From the NCBI GenBank assembly GCA_963723515.1, contig CAVRQT010000002.1:782548-846547 (forward strand): DNA of 64,000 nt, written 5' to 3'. The stretch is from Vulcanimicrobiota bacterium (GTDB taxonomy: Bacteria; Vulcanimicrobiota; Vulcanimicrobiia; Vulcanimicrobiales; Vulcanimicrobiaceae). Below, in pieces: positions 33,778 to 48,515 of the stretch. The notes under the pieces are model-generated. The model was not told the DNA's origin. It worked only from the letters and a program-made list of their open reading frames with translations, and searched no databases. Position 1 is the stretch's first letter; each line of letters begins with the position of its first letter. The position numbers were made by a program, and so were the translations under genes.

Positions 33778-34328
33778 GGCTTCACGGTATTAACGAATTG
33801 CATCGCCGAGTCGATTCCTTCGGCAAGCCAGCGCTCTACGCCCTCGGCGGCCGAGTTGATGATGCCGCCAATCGCTGCGCGCTCCTGGGTGGTAAATTGG
33901 CTCAGGACGTGGTCGACTGAATCGAACTGCGGCCGGCCGATGCCGACGCGGATGCGCGGAAAATTCTCGCCGATCGTTGCGATGATCGACCGCAAGCCGT
34001 TATTTCCGCCGTGTCCGCCATGCGGCCGCATGCGAAGCGTTCCAAACGGCAGATCCAAATCGTCGCAAATCACGAGAATCCCGTCGGGCGGCGTGCGATA
34101 CCAGGCGCTGATCAAGCGCACCGGCACACCGCTTCGGTTCATGAAGGAGGTTGGTTGAACGAGCACCGCGCGGCGTTCAGAAACGACTGCCTGCCGTGCG
34201 CTGTCTTTGTTTTTCCAAGATCTGACGTTCCAGCGCTGCGCCAGCTCGTCAACGACCGCAAATCCGAGGTTATGCCGCGTTTGCGCATATTCGCGCCCAG
34301 GATTGCCCAAGCCGACGATCAGCTTGAA
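33774..34328 (-). CDS. pth: Peptidyl-tRNA hydrolase (start uncertain)
   Basis: FKLIVGLGNPG, TRHNLGF, FMNRSG, DDLDL, GGNNGLRSI, RIRVGIGR. Confidence 0.95.
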   Translation of the reverse strand, partial: FKLIVGLGNPGREYAQTRHNLGFAVVDELAQRWNVRSWKNKDSARQAVVSERRAVLVQPTSFMNRSGVPVRLISAWYRTPPDGILVICDDLDLPFGTLRMRPHGGHGGNNGLRSIIATIGENFPRIRVGIGRPQFDSVDHVLSQFTTQERAAIGGIINSAAEGVERWLAEGIDSAMQFVNTVKP

Positions 34329-34351
34329 CGCGTCGCCCGTCGGGCGACGCC

Positions 34352-35038
34352 CTACTCCGAAGATTCGCGCGTTTCGGCTGGCTCTTCTGTCGCCGCTGCC
34401 TCACCGATGACTTCAGGCTCAACTCCCTCGGCGGGAGCTGCAGCAGCGGCTTCGGCTTCTTCGAGCTGCGCCGCGGTGCGTGACGCCTCGACGGCCGCGA
34501 CGGTATGGTCGGGCGGCGTCAATAATTTGAATCCATCGGGCAATTTGACTTGCGATGCGGTGATGTGATCGTGGATGCTCAGCTCCGATACGTCAACTTC
34601 AACTTGCGACGGAAGCCGATTGACGGGTCCTGCGATTTCCAATTCGCGCGTGATCATGTCCAGGACGCCGCCGTACTCTCGAACGCCGATCGGAACGCCG
34701 ACCGCAACGATCGGCACGCTCGTGTGCACCTCTTCATCGACCGAAACGCGCTGCAAATCGGCGTGAATGATCTTGCGCGTCAGCGGATCGCGCTGCAGCT
34801 CCCGGACGAGCGCGGTGTCCGTCTTTCGCCCATTGAGCGTCAGGGTGATCAAAGAGCTGCGCGCCCCGCGATGCAGCAAATCATCGAATATCCGCGCCTC
34901 AAAGGCGATGTGCTGCGGCGTCGTGCCGTGCCCAAAGAGCACGGCCGGTATCTTGCCGTTGCGGCGAAGCGCGCGAGCATGCGTTGTGCCGGCCTCTTCA
35001 CGCCGTTCGATCGCTAAAGTGAGATCTTTCTGGGGCAC
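34352..35038 (-). CDS. rplY: 50S ribosomal protein L25/Ctc
   Basis: LRRNGKIPAVLFG, ELQRDPL, IHADLQ, acidic C-terminal tail. Confidence 0.95.
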   Translation of the reverse strand: MPQKDLTLAIERREEAGTTHARALRRNGKIPAVLFGHGTTPQHIAFEARIFDDLLHRGARSSLITLTLNGRKTDTALVRELQRDPLTRKIIHADLQRVSVDEEVHTSVPIVAVGVPIGVREYGGVLDMITRELEIAGPVNRLPSQVEVDVSELSIHDHITASQVKLPDGFKLLTPPDHTVAAVEASRTAAQLEEAEAAAAAPAEGVEPEVIGEAAATEEPAETRESSE

Positions 35039-35056
35039 GCGAAAATCTTATCCTCT

Positions 35057-36080
35057 CTAAGCGGGTACTGCGGGCATCTCGATCGGCGCGTAGTCAGCTA
35101 TTTTTTTTTCGTCGTCGTCGGTAAAGAGCTCGGAAACCGAGCGGTTCGTCGTGATACGACTGATCGCATCGGCAAGGATCTGCGCGATCGAGAGCACGAC
35201 AAATTTGGGGTGATGCTCGATATCGAAGAACGGTATCGTGTTGGTGACGATCACCTTCTCGACCTGCGACTCGTCGAGCACCTTGATTGCGTCGCCGGCA
35301 AAAATTCCATGCGTCGCAACCGTGTAAACTTTGGTGGCGCCTCGCTTGAGGATCGCTTCCGCCGCGCGGGCCAACGTTCCACCGGTTGAGATCATATCGT
35401 CGACAACGACGGCAATCTTGCCATGCACATCGCCGACGATATCCGTGACTTCTGAGATGTCGGGCTCCGGGACGACGCTTGAAGACGATCGCAAGCGAGC
35501 TGCGCAGCCGCTTCGCAAAGAGTTCGGCCCGATGCACGCCGCCGGCGTCCGGCGAGACGACCACGATCCGGTCGTCGCAGAGGCCTTCCTTCTTCAGATA
35601 GTTGCACAGCGTGGGCATTGCCATCAAATTGTCGACCGGGCCATCGAAGAAGCCCTGAATCTGCGCCGCGTGGAGGTCCATCGTCACCATCCGTTTGACG
35701 CCCACGATTTTCAGAAGATTGGCGATGACCTTAGCGGAGATCGGCTCGCGGCCTTTGGTCTTCTTATCCTGCTTCGCGTATCCATAGTACGGCACAACCG
35801 CCGTGATCCGTCCGGCGCTGGCGCGTTTGAGCGCATCGATCATCAGCAGCAGCTCCATGATCGAATCGTTGACGGTATTGCCGTTGGCCGCTTTACAGGT
35901 CGATTGAACGACGAAGACTTCTGAGCCGCGAACGTTTTCGCTGATCTCGATGCGGCATTCTTCGTTTTTGAATTGGGAAACCAGCGCTTTGCCGACGTGC
36001 AGCTTCAAACGCTTCGCGATCTCTTCGGCCAATTGCGGATTCGAATTGCCGCTGAAGATAAGCGGATTTTGGCTCAACAT
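35057..36080 (-). CDS. prs: Ribose-phosphate pyrophosphokinase (frameshift ~35475)
   Basis: IFSGNSN, PYYGYAKQDKK, DLHAAQIQGFF, VSPDAGG, VDDMISTGGT. Confidence 0.96.
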
Positions 36081-36151
36081 CGACCTCCGGCTCGGCTCCT
36101 CTTGGTTGATGGTGCCGCTAAGTCCTCGAAAGATAGCGTATATCACGCTAA

Positions 36152-36180
36152 CTGTCACGTGAGCTTGTCGAAGGGCAAGC
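36152..36180. repeat. Single arm of the palindromic element in the prs/uvrB divergent region
   Basis: CTGTCACGTGAGCTTGTCGAAGGGCAAGC. Confidence 0.7.
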
Positions 36181-36236
36181 ACGGTGGTCGAAATCGAGGC
36201 AGAACTCTTAAGCTACAGAAGGGTTGAATATAACGC

Positions 36237-38285
36237 ATGCCCTCTCATCGTTTCCGGCTCGTCGCGCCGTTTCAGTTGGCGGGCGATCAACCTCCAGCAA
36301 CTGAAGCGCTTGGCGCCGCCGTCCACCGCGGGGACAAGATTCAGACGCTGCTCGGCGTCACGGGCAGCGGCAAGACGATGGCAATGGCACGCGTCATCGA
36401 GATGGCGCAGAAGCCGGCGCTCGTGCTTTGTCACAACAAGACGCTCGCTGCGCAACTGTGCGCCGAGTTTCGCGACTTCTTTCCGAACAACGCGGTCGAA
36501 TACTTCGTCTCGTACTTCGACTACTATCAGCCCGAAGCGTACATCGCGCACACGGACACGTATATCGAGAAGGACAGCTCGATTAACGAAGAGATCGAGC
36601 GGCTGCGGCACGCCGCCACGCAGTCGCTCTTGACGCGACGCGACACGCTGATCGTCGCCTCCGTGTCCTGCATCTATGGCCTCGGTTCACCGTCGGATTA
36701 CATCGAGCTCTCGCTCAAAATCAAGTTAGGGCAGGAGATTAACCGCGATCTGCTCTTGCGCAAGCTCGTCGACATGCAGTACCGGCGCAACGATCTCAAT
36801 TTGGTCCGCGGCACGTTTCGCGTGCGCGGCGATACTCTGGAATACGTCGGCGTCGAAGAGGAACTCGTTCACCGGATTGAGTTCTTCGGCGACCAGATCG
36901 AGGCGATCAACGTCGTCAACATCCTGACCGGTGAATACGTCGAATCGAAGGACGCGCTGACTATTTTTCCCGCCAAGCACTTCATCACGCCGGACGAAAA
37001 ATTGCGGCGCGCGATTATCGCCATCGAAGAAGAACTCGAAGAGCGGCTTGCCTACTTTAAAACAAACGGCAAACTGCTCGAAGCGCAGCGCCTGGAGATG
37101 CGCACGCGCTACGACCTCGACATGCTGCGCGAGGTCGGCTACTGCAACGGCATCGAGAACTACTCACGTCATCTGTCGGGACGCGAAGCCGGTTCAACGC
37201 CCTGGTGCTTGCTCGATTTCTTTCCGAAAGATTGGCTGCTCTTCGTCGATGAATCGCACGTCACGCTCCCCCAAGTGCATGGCATGTACGGCGGAGATCG
37301 TTCGCGCAAAGAGTCGCTCGTCGAACACGGTTTTCGCTTGCCCAGCGCGCTCGACAACCGTCCGTTAACGTATGACGAGTTCGATCAACACATCAATCAA
37401 GTGGTGTACGTCTCGGCGACGCCCGGAACGTACGAGATGGGCCGTTCCAGCCAAGTTGTCGAGATGATCATTCGGCCGACCGGCCTGGTCGATCCGGAAG
37501 TCGACGTCCGTCCGACGCGCAACCAAGTTGACGACCTGATGGAAGAGATTCGGCAACGGGCAGCGCGCAAAGAACGCGTCCTCGTTACGACGCTGACGAA
37601 GAAGATGGCCGAAGATCTGACCGATTTTCTGCTCGAGATGGGATTTCGCGTGCGTTACTTGCACAGCGAGGTCGACACGCTCGAACGCATTGCGATCTTA
37701 CGCGATTTACGGTTGGGCGTCTTCGACGTGCTCGTCGGCATCAATCTGTTGCGTGAAGGCCTTGATCTGCCGGAAGTTTCGCTTGTCGGCATCTTGGATG
37801 CGGATAAAGAAGGCTACTTGCGCAGCGGCACTTCGCTGATTCAGACGATTGGCCGTGCGGCGCGCAACGTGGACGGCAAGGTCATCATGTACGCGGACAG
37901 CGTGACGGAGTCGATGGCGCGGGCGATCGGCGAGACAAAGCGGCGCCGCGATCGGCAGCTCGCACACAACGCTGAACACGGCATCGAACCGCGCACCGTT
38001 CGCAAAGAGGTGCGTGACATTCTGGCGAGCGTCGGCGCTGCCGACGACGGTGCAGCCGCAATTCGAGCGGAAAAAATTCCGCGCGACGTTGCGCAGCGTA
38101 TGGCCAAAGAACTCGAACAGAAGATGCGCGAGTTTGCCGCGAATCTCGAATTTGAAAAAGCGGCCGCCTTACGCGATGAGCTGCTCGAGTTGCGCAAACA
38201 GCTCGGCGGCAACGAATCAGTGCTCTTTCAAGGAAAGGCGCCGAAGATTTTCGAGCACGCGCTGCGCGAGCTCGTCGAGAGCTAA
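36237..38285 (+). CDS. uvrB: Excinuclease ABC subunit B
   Basis: [38 protein letters not shown]-terminal UVR domain. Confidence 0.98.
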   Translation: MPSHRFRLVAPFQLAGDQPPATEALGAAVHRGDKIQTLLGVTGSGKTMAMARVIEMAQKPALVLCHNKTLAAQLCAEFRDFFPNNAVEYFVSYFDYYQPEAYIAHTDTYIEKDSSINEEIERLRHAATQSLLTRRDTLIVASVSCIYGLGSPSDYIELSLKIKLGQEINRDLLLRKLVDMQYRRNDLNLVRGTFRVRGDTLEYVGVEEELVHRIEFFGDQIEAINVVNILTGEYVESKDALTIFPAKHFITPDEKLRRAIIAIEEELEERLAYFKTNGKLLEAQRLEMRTRYDLDMLREVGYCNGIENYSRHLSGREAGSTPWCLLDFFPKDWLLFVDESHVTLPQVHGMYGGDRSRKESLVEHGFRLPSALDNRPLTYDEFDQHINQVVYVSATPGTYEMGRSSQVVEMIIRPTGLVDPEVDVRPTRNQVDDLMEEIRQRAARKERVLVTTLTKKMAEDLTDFLLEMGFRVRYLHSEVDTLERIAILRDLRLGVFDVLVGINLLREGLDLPEVSLVGILDADKEGYLRSGTSLIQTIGRAARNVDGKVIMYADSVTESMARAIGETKRRRDRQLAHNAEHGIEPRTVRKEVRDILASVGAADDGAAAIRAEKIPRDVAQRMAKELEQKMREFAANLEFEKAAALRDELLELRKQLGGNESVLFQGKAPKIFEHALRELVES

Positions 38286-38300
38286 CCAGTTCGTGCGCAC

Positions 38301-40739
38301 GTGATGCGCGCGGCGCTGCGGACCGCCGCTCAAGAAGACGGCATCGCCGTGTTGGCGACCGTTGTTGAAAGCCCAGGTCCGCAAACGATCTCTTACGCCA
38401 CTCGGACCGGCGCGCTGCTTCGCATCAACGGCATCGCGGCCGGCGCATTGGATCGCGAACATCCGGCGATGACCTGCGACGTACCGCCGCAAGCCGAGGT
38501 GCGGCTTGAGGTTGAGTTGCGATCGTTGCCGACAAACGGTCTGCCGTCCGGCCCTGGGCTGCGCTGGTGGCTGATGAACCTCTTTGCGGCGCAACGCCCG
38601 TCGCAGACGTTGACGATTGCGGACGCTGATGCGGCCTCGCAAACACGCGCCGGTTCCGCGACCTGGCCGCTCATCGGACATTCGCATCTCGATGTCGCGT
38701 GGCTGTGGACGTATGAAGAAACGCACCGCAAAGCGGCGCGCACGTTCGCGATTGCCGTGAACCTCTTAGAGAATAACCCTGAGTTTACATTTGCGCAGAG
38801 CCAGCCGCAGCTCTACGAATTCGTTCGCGTTAAGGATGCGCAGCTATTCGATCGGGTTCGCGCCCTCGCAGCCGAGAAGCGTTTCGATCCATCCGTTGCA
38901 GCTCTGTGGGTGGAAGCCGATTGCAATCTGCCGAGCGGCGAGTCGCTGTTGCGTCAGATGCTCTTCGCCCATCGATTTTGCAGCGACCATTTCGCCGAGG
39001 CGCCGAACGTTGCGTGGCTTCCCGATTCCTTCGGCTTCGCCAACACGCTACCGACGCTACTCGCCCATGCCGGCATACCGTACTTCGTCACGACGAAGCT
39101 GCAGTGGAACGACACGACGCGCTTTCCGTACGCGCAGTTTCGCTGGCGTGGTCCCGACGGCAGCGAGGTCGTCGCCGCGCTGATCGATTCGTACGACGGC
39201 GGCTTTAATCCATGGCGCGTCGCGCCGCGCCCGCGCGCGGCATGAGCCGATCATCGCCGGATATGGCGATGGCGGCGGCGGCGTTACTGCTGAGATGATT
39301 GCACAAGCGCGCGAACATCGGAAAGTGGACGCGCCCGGCCGACTGGCTGCAAAGTTTCGATGCCGGCGCTTTGCCGTTGCATCAAGACGAGCTGTACTTG
39401 GAGTATCATCGCGGCGTCTACACCACGCATCACGATGTCAAACGGCGCAATGCGCGCCTTGAACGGCTGCTGATGGAAGCCGAAGAGGCCGTTTCTGTTT
39501 GCATCGCGCGTCGGCATGACGCTATTGCGCTGGATCGCTGGCGCGGCCGCCTCGATGACGCCTGGAAGATTGTTCTGCGCAATCAATTCCACGACGTGCT
39601 GACAGGCACGTCGATCGCAGCGGTCTATGCGGACGTTCATCAGGAGTACGATTCCGCTGAAAAGCTGCTTGCGGACGTTCTTGACGACGCGCTACGCGCT
39701 GATCGAGCGACCTTGCGGACATGAATTGCGTACCAGCCCGCCGACACCATCCGATGGGGCGTTTGCTTTTCAGCAACGGTTTGATCGAAGCGCGCGTCTT
39801 ATCGGACGGTTCGATCGATTTGCTAAGAACCTCCACCGGTTCAAACGTCGCCGCACGCGCCAATGTCTTGACGCTGTATCGCGATCGGCCACGCCAGTGG
39901 GACGCGTGGAATATCGATGCGAACTACCGAATGCGCAGCTGGTTTCCGCGTGCCGGCGAGATGCGAATCGACAACGGCACGTTGATCGTGCCGCTCGCCT
40001 TTGGTCGCTCGCAATTGGACATGCGCGTGCAACTTTGCGAAGGCGAACCGTTTCTGCGAGTAACGTTGAGCGGTGCGTGGCGCGAGCGCCATACGTTGTT
40101 GCGCGTTGAAAACGACTTTGCCATCGATTGCGAGCGACGTTGTCTACGGCACGCCGCATGGAAGTATCGAACGTTCGCGCACTCGCTCGCACGCCGCAGG
40201 AGCGCGCGAAATTCGAGGTGCCGGGTCAGCGGTTTGCATTGGCCCGTTCGGGAGAAACCGCCGTTGCAATTCTGACGCTCGACACGTACGGCTGGAGCGG
40301 CCTCAGCGATCGAAAAGCGCTGCACCTGGGCCACTCGCTGCTTCGCTCGCCGATGTGGCCGCATGCTGATGCAGATGCCGGCATTCAGCAGCTTTCATAC
40401 GCGCTGGCACCGCTCTCCGGCGGCTCGATCGCTGAAGTCGAGCAGCTTTGGCGCCGCTTCGCAGGACAAGTTGAGCATCGACTTTTCACGACCGGTGACC
40501 TTGCCGTGGGGATCGTCGCTTGCAAACCGGCGCAGGATGGCGACGGCGTCGTCGTCCGATTGCGTGAATGCAATGGTGCAGCGCTAACGGCTCGGGTTGG
40601 ATGCGCCCATCAGATGAGGGCAATCGAAAAAGTTGATGGGCTGGAGCGATCTCTCGGGGCGGTTGACACGAATGACGGGCTTTCATTCGAAACGGTGCTG
40701 AGGCCGTTCCAACTTCAGAGCTTTCGCGTTCGATTTTGA
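38301..40739 (+). CDS. Glycoside hydrolase family 38 alpha-mannosidase (several frameshifts)
   Basis: GHSHLDVAWLW, GESLLRQ, WLPDSFG, ELYLEYHRG.YTT, NQFHDVL.G, RLREC. Confidence 0.88.
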
Positions 40740-41455
40740 TGGACCGAAAACTCGAGGCGGTCCTTTTCGACCTCGATGATACGCTCCACGACGATACGCT
40801 GGCCTATCAAAGCGCGGCTGAGGAAGTCGCGCGCCAGGTCGAAGCGGAGCACGGCATCGACGCTCTGGCGCTCAAGCAAGCCTATATCGCACAAGCGCAG
40901 GGTTTCTGGACGCGACTCTCGGCGACGACGCTTTCCGAAAAACTCGGTAACATCCGCGCGAAACTGTGGGAGTCGGCGCTCGCCGAGGTCGGATTGCGCG
41001 ATCGGGAACTCGCGAAGCGCTCGGCGACCGATTATCTCCGCTTCCGAAGCCGTTACTTCACCCCGTTCCCGGGCGTCGTTGACTTGCTCAAACATCTTCG
41101 TAAGCGCAATCTCAAACTCGGAATCGTGACCAACGGGTTTTCCGAAACGCACCGTGAGAAGATCGCGATTTTGCAGATCGGCGATTACTTCGATGCGATC
41201 TTCATCGCCGATGAAATCGGCATGGTCAAACCGGATCCGTTGCTCTTCGCGCACGCGTGTACGCGGCTGGGCAGTCCACCGGCGGTCAGCGCAATGGTCG
41301 GCGACCGTTACGAACGTGACATCCGCGGAGCGCTGGAAGCGGGCCTCTTCACGGTGTGGATCAATCGCGAGGATGCGCCGCTTCCACGAGGAGCGCGCGC
41401 GCCGCACCAAACGGTTGCGTCGATCTCCGAAGTGCAAACGGCGCTACGGCTATAA
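40739..41455 (+). CDS. HAD family hydrolase
   Basis: FDLDDTL, VTNG, KPDP, VGDR..DI motifs I-IV. Confidence 0.9.
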   Translation: MDRKLEAVLFDLDDTLHDDTLAYQSAAEEVARQVEAEHGIDALALKQAYIAQAQGFWTRLSATTLSEKLGNIRAKLWESALAEVGLRDRELAKRSATDYLRFRSRYFTPFPGVVDLLKHLRKRNLKLGIVTNGFSETHREKIAILQIGDYFDAIFIADEIGMVKPDPLLFAHACTRLGSPPAVSAMVGDRYERDIRGALEAGLFTVWINREDAPLPRGARAPHQTVASISEVQTALRL

Positions 41456-41526
41456 GGCCAGGGGTCGCCCGCTCCCCGCCGAAAGGGTTTTTTCGGCGCT
41501 TGCTTTGCTATTGGAGTTGAACTTAT

Positions 41527-42352
41527 ATGCAGACTGATCCCGGCCGAGACATCGGTAATACCTTTAGCCGCGCATGGCAGCTCTTAACCTCAAATTGGAT
41601 CATCATCGTTCCCGGCATCATCATCGGAATCGTTGCCGGGATCGTAACGGCTTTAGTCGTCGCGGCCGCAGTTCCGTCAAGTCGTCTATGACGTCAACGG
41701 CGAATGCCGACCGGCATGAGCCACGGCGGGGTCATGGTGGACGTTGCGGCTTCGCGCCACATCATCGCGATCATTGCGACGATCTTATCGATCACATATA
41801 CGACTGGAATGGCCGGCGCGGCGTGGCAGCGCGGAACGACGACGCTTAGCTGACGGTGCGGAATCGTTCCGCGAGGATGCCGGACATGTACTGATGGCGA
41901 TGCTGATATTGATAGTCGCTCGGAATCATCGCCGCGATTTTGGCCCCGTTTACGATCGGCTTGAGCTTCCTCGCGTTTTTGCTGTTCTTCATCTACACGA
42001 TGCCGGCCGCTGTTGTTGGGAAATCGTCCCGGCATGCGAGGCGGTCTGCGGAGTCGGTTCAGATGGTGATGCGCGCTTTGGAACGACCGTCATTATCGTG
42101 CTCTTGATCTTCGTGATCAGCATCATCGCGGGAGTTATCGGGGCTGCACTGCACGCGATTCCTTTCATCGGTCCGATCGTCGGTCAGGTGCTGCAGATGA
42201 TCGTCGTGGCGTTTTCAACGCTGGTTATCGTCGGCGAATATCTGAAGTTGAAGGGACCTGCGACGACGCTTGCCGGAACGAGTGGCGGCTCGACGACCTA
42301 CACGCCGCCGCCTCCTCCTCCGCCGCCGTCGGCTCCCGGTCCGACTGTGTAG
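41527..42352 (+). CDS. Hypothetical multi-pass membrane protein (multiple frameshifts), Pro-rich C-terminus
   Basis: GGAG then MQTDPGRDIGNTFSRAWQLLTSNWIIIVPGII...; C-terminal IPFIGPIV...PPPPPPPP. Confidence 0.6.
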
Positions 42353-42391
42353 CCGCAACGCGGAGCTCGCCTTTTCGGTCATAATGTAGGC

Positions 42392-45300
42392 ATGAGCTCT
42401 GCGGTCCCCGGCGCTCTTTACAATGGAGCCAAGCCCAGCGGGCTTGACTCCATTGTTATCAAAGGCGCTCGCGAACACAACCTCAAGAACATCGATCTCG
42501 CTCTGCCGCGAAATCGGCTGATTGTCGTTACGGGTTTGAGCGGTTCGGGCAAGTCGTCGCTTGCCTTCGACACGATCTATGCGGAAGGTCAGCGACGCTA
42601 TGTCGAGTCGCTGTCATCGTACGCGCGTCAGTTCCTCGGTCAGATGGAAAAGCCGGACGTCGATTACATCGAGGGCCTCTCGCCGGCGATCTCGATCGAC
42701 CAAAAATCAACCTCACGCAATCCGCGTTCGACGGTCGGCACCGTAACCGAGATCTACGATTACCTGCGGCTGCTTTATGCGCGCATCGGCATTCCGCATT
42801 GCTATAATTGCGGCCGCGAGATCAGCTCGCAGACGAGCGAACAGATCGTCGATTCGATCATGGACTTGCCGGAAGGTTCGCGCATTCAATTGCTGGCGCC
42901 GATCGTCCGTGGCCGCAAGGGCGAGTATACGAAGCTGCTCGAGGAGATCGCCAAAGAGGGGTTTTCGCGAGTGCGCATCGACGGCGAGCCCAAAGAACTC
43001 CGCGAGAAGATCACGCTCGATCGCAAACGCAAGCACACGGTCGAAGTGATCGTCGACCGGCTGATCATGAAGCCGGACATTCGCAAACGTTTGACGGACA
43101 GCGTTGAGACGACGCTGCGTCTCTCGACCGGAATCGTGACCGTTTTGCTGAGCGAGCCGGAAACAAAAAAGACGCGGGAACTGACGTTCAGCGAGGCATT
43201 TGCTTGCGTCTACTGCGGTCTTTCCTTTGAAGAGCTTGCGCCGCGGCTCTTTTCGTTCAACTCCCCGTATGGCGCATGTCCGACGTGCAGCGGGCTCGGC
43301 GAGCGCATCGAGATCGATCCGTGGAAAGTGATTCCGGACCGAACGAAGTCCATCGCAGAAGGCGCGATCGTTCCGTGGAGCCGCTCGATCGGCTCGGGCC
43401 GCTTTCCGTCGATGAACCCGTACTATTTGCAGCAGCTCGAGCGCGTCTTGCGCGGGCGACGCATTCGCACGTCAACGCCGATCGAGAAGATGCCCAAAGA
43501 CGTCGTTGACATGATCCTCCACGGCACCGATCAGGAGCAACGGTTTTCATATGAGACGCGCAGCGGTCACGTTTGGAATTATCGCGCGACGTTTGAAGGC
43601 GTCGTCAACAATCTGCAGCGCCGCTACAACGAGACGAGCAGCGATTACGTCAAGGAAGATATCGAGAAGTTCATGTCGGCGTCGAACTGCCCGCAATGCA
43701 AAGGCGCACGCCTGAAGCCGGAAGCGCTGGCGGTTACAGTCGGGGGCATGAACATCGACCAGCTGACGCGGCTTTCCGTCGAACACGCGGAAGATTTCTT
43801 CGAGCAGTTCAAGCCGACGCCGCGGCAAGAGCTGATCGCGCATCAGATTCTCAAAGAGATTCGTGCCCGGCTCGGATTTCTTGCCAACGTCGGATTGAAT
43901 TACCTGACGCTTTCGCGGTCGGCGACAACGCTTTCAGGCGGCGAGTCGCAGCGCATCCGGCTTGCGACACAGATCGGCTCATCGCTGGTTGGAGTGCTAT
44001 ACATCTTGGATGAACCGTCGATCGGGCTGCATCAACGTGATAACAACCGGCTCTTGGCGACGCTGAAGACCCTGCGCGACCTCGGCAATACGCTGATCGT
44101 CATCGAGCACGACGAGGATACGATGCGCATGGCCGACGTGATCGTGGACATCGGGCCGGGCGCCGGTGCGCAAGGCGGCGAGATTTTGACGGTCGGTTCG
44201 CTTGAAGATGTGATGCGAAATCCGGAATCGATGACCGGCGCCTACCTCTCTGGGCGGCAATTCATTCCAATTCCACGCCATCGTCGCAAGCCGCGCGCAT
44301 GGCTCTATTTGAAAAACGCGCGCGCCAACAATATTCAGGGCGTTGACATCGATATTCCACTCGGGGTCTTCGCCTGCATCACGGGCGTCAGCGGCAGCGG
44401 GAAATCAACGCTGATGAACGACATTTTGTGCAAGGCGCTCAATCAGCATCTGCACCATCAGCCCGCGGGCGGAACCTACGGCAGCGTTCGCGGTGCGGAT
44501 GCGCTCGACAAGCTCGTCGATCATCGATCAATCGCCGATCGGCCGCACGCCGCGTTCGAATCCGGCAACCTACACCGGGGTCTTCGATCATATCCGCGAG
44601 CTGTTTTCGATGGTGCCCGAAGCGAAGATGCGCGGCTACGCGCCGGGCCGCTTTTCTTTTAACGTGCGCGGCGGCCGTTGTGAAGCGTGTCAGGGTGACG
44701 GCATCATCAAGATCGAGATGCACTTCTTGCCCGACGTCTATGTGCCGTGCGAAGTTTGCAAAGGCAAGCGCTACAATGCGCAGACGTTGGAAGTCAAATA
44801 CAAAGGGAAGACGATTGCCGATGTGCTTGAGATGCGCGTCGATGAAGCGAATGAGTTTTTCGGTTCGATTCCGCGCATTCACAACAAGTTAAACACGATC
44901 TGCGACGTCGGTCTCGGCTACATCAAGATGGGGCAGCCCGCGACGACGCTTTCGGGCGGCGAGGCGCAACGCGTGAAATTGGCGACCGAACTCTCACGCC
45001 GCTCGACCGGCCGCACATTCTACGTTCTTGACGAGCCGACGACCGGTTTGCACTTTGCCGACATCCATAAGCTCCTGGAGGTCTTGCAGCGGCTAGTCAA
45101 GACCGGGAACACCGTGATTGTCATCGAGCACAATCTCGACGTGATCAAGACGGCAGATTATCTGATCGACCTCGGACCCGAAGGCGGCGATCGCGGCGGC
45201 AAGATCGTCGCGACGGGGACGCCGGAAGAAGTCGCGGCCAATTCGGGATCCTACACCGGCCAATATCTCGTTGAGGTACTGCGCGATCAACGAGCGGTCG

Positions 45301-45410
45301 GGCATCATGCGCTGGATCGTGAGACACTCGATGCGCTCGCAAAGGAGAACATGGACGTGCTCGACGAGCTGGCCAAAGATAAACGCGTGATGGTGGAAAC
45401 ATCGACGTAA
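42392..45410 (+). CDS. uvrA: Excinuclease ABC subunit A (frameshift ~44520)
   Basis: [51 protein letters not shown]. Confidence 0.97.
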
Positions 45411-45427
45411 GCAAGTTCACGACGGCG

Positions 45428-47774
<2,347 letters not shown>

Positions 47775-47801
47775 CTTTCACGTGTGACGCTGAGCAGTAT
47801 C

Positions 47802-48124
47802 TGTCACGCTGAGCTTGTCGAAGCGCAATCGTTATCGCGACTCACGATGTGGTCCCAGTGTCATGCTGAGCTTGCCGAAGGGCAATCGTTCTCGCGACTC
47901 ACGATGTGGTACCAGTGTCATGCTGAGCTTGTCGAAGGGCAATCGTTCTCGCGACTCACGATGTGGTCCCAGTGTCATGCTGAGCTTGTCGAAGCATGGC
48001 AAGGAGAAAATCTTAGCCACACTTCGACAGGCTCAGTGTGACACTGGTACTCCTTCGCTAGTGGCGATGAGCGCGGCGCTTCGACCCTTCGACCTCGCTC
48101 AGGGCAGGCTGAGCTCGCGTGACA
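47802..48124. repeat. Tandem array of 57-bp units built on the palindromic element arm, plus inverted arms
   Basis: TGTCAYGCTGAGCTTGYCGAAG arm starts at 47802, 47859, 47916, 47973 (period 57); inverted arm 48022..48050; further arm 48086..48124. Confidence 0.92.
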
Positions 48125-48131
48125 GGAAAGC

Positions 48132-48515
48132 TTAGACTGTCGGCAGTTCCTCGGCGGACGACCACAATTCAATCGGACGGCCGTCGGGATCCTCAACGAT
48201 CGCGCGTATTCCCCAGGCTCGTTCCTCCGGACCGGCCAGCACCTTAGTCCCTAGTTCGGTCAGGCTTTGAAGCGTCGCCGGAAGATCTTCAACGACAAAC
48301 CCCGGCCACGTGCACCCTCCCTCGCGCCATCGTTGCGCGTCGCCATCGTCCGATTGGTACAGCGCAACGTGCACGCCGTTCAAGTCCGCCGCGTAATGCG
48401 TCGGCCCGTCTTTCTCGTGCGATTCGGTTACCAGCGGAACGCCGAGCGCGCGGTAGAACCGCAATAGCGGCTCGACCTTCGACGAGAAGAAGATCAGCGA
48501 TCCAAGCGTCGGCAT
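48132..48515 (-). CDS. VOC/glyoxalase family protein
   Basis: RFYRALG, GFVVEDL, WGIRAIVEDPDGRPIEL. Confidence 0.82.
   Translation of the reverse strand: MPTLGSLIFFSSKVEPLLRFYRALGVPLVTESHEKDGPTHYAADLNGVHVALYQSDDGDAQRWREGGCTWPGFVVEDLPATLQSLTELGTKVLAGPEERAWGIRAIVEDPDGRPIELWSSAEELPTV

Noticed and set aside
36180..36240. LexA/SOS box upstream of uvrB (also checked uvrA and SRAP)
   Set aside because: No convincing GAAC-N4-GTTC or CTGT-N8-ACAG palindrome seen
47802..47995. CRISPR array
   Set aside because: The inter-arm segments are near-identical rather than unique spacers, no cas genes are present, and the arm occurs as dispersed palindromes elsewhere
47784..48135. Short repeat-protein ORFs (85, 106 and 62 aa)
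   Set aside because: They are translations of the DNA repeat (CHAELVE/VMLSLSK/PFDKL) that are open on both strands; no evidence of real genes
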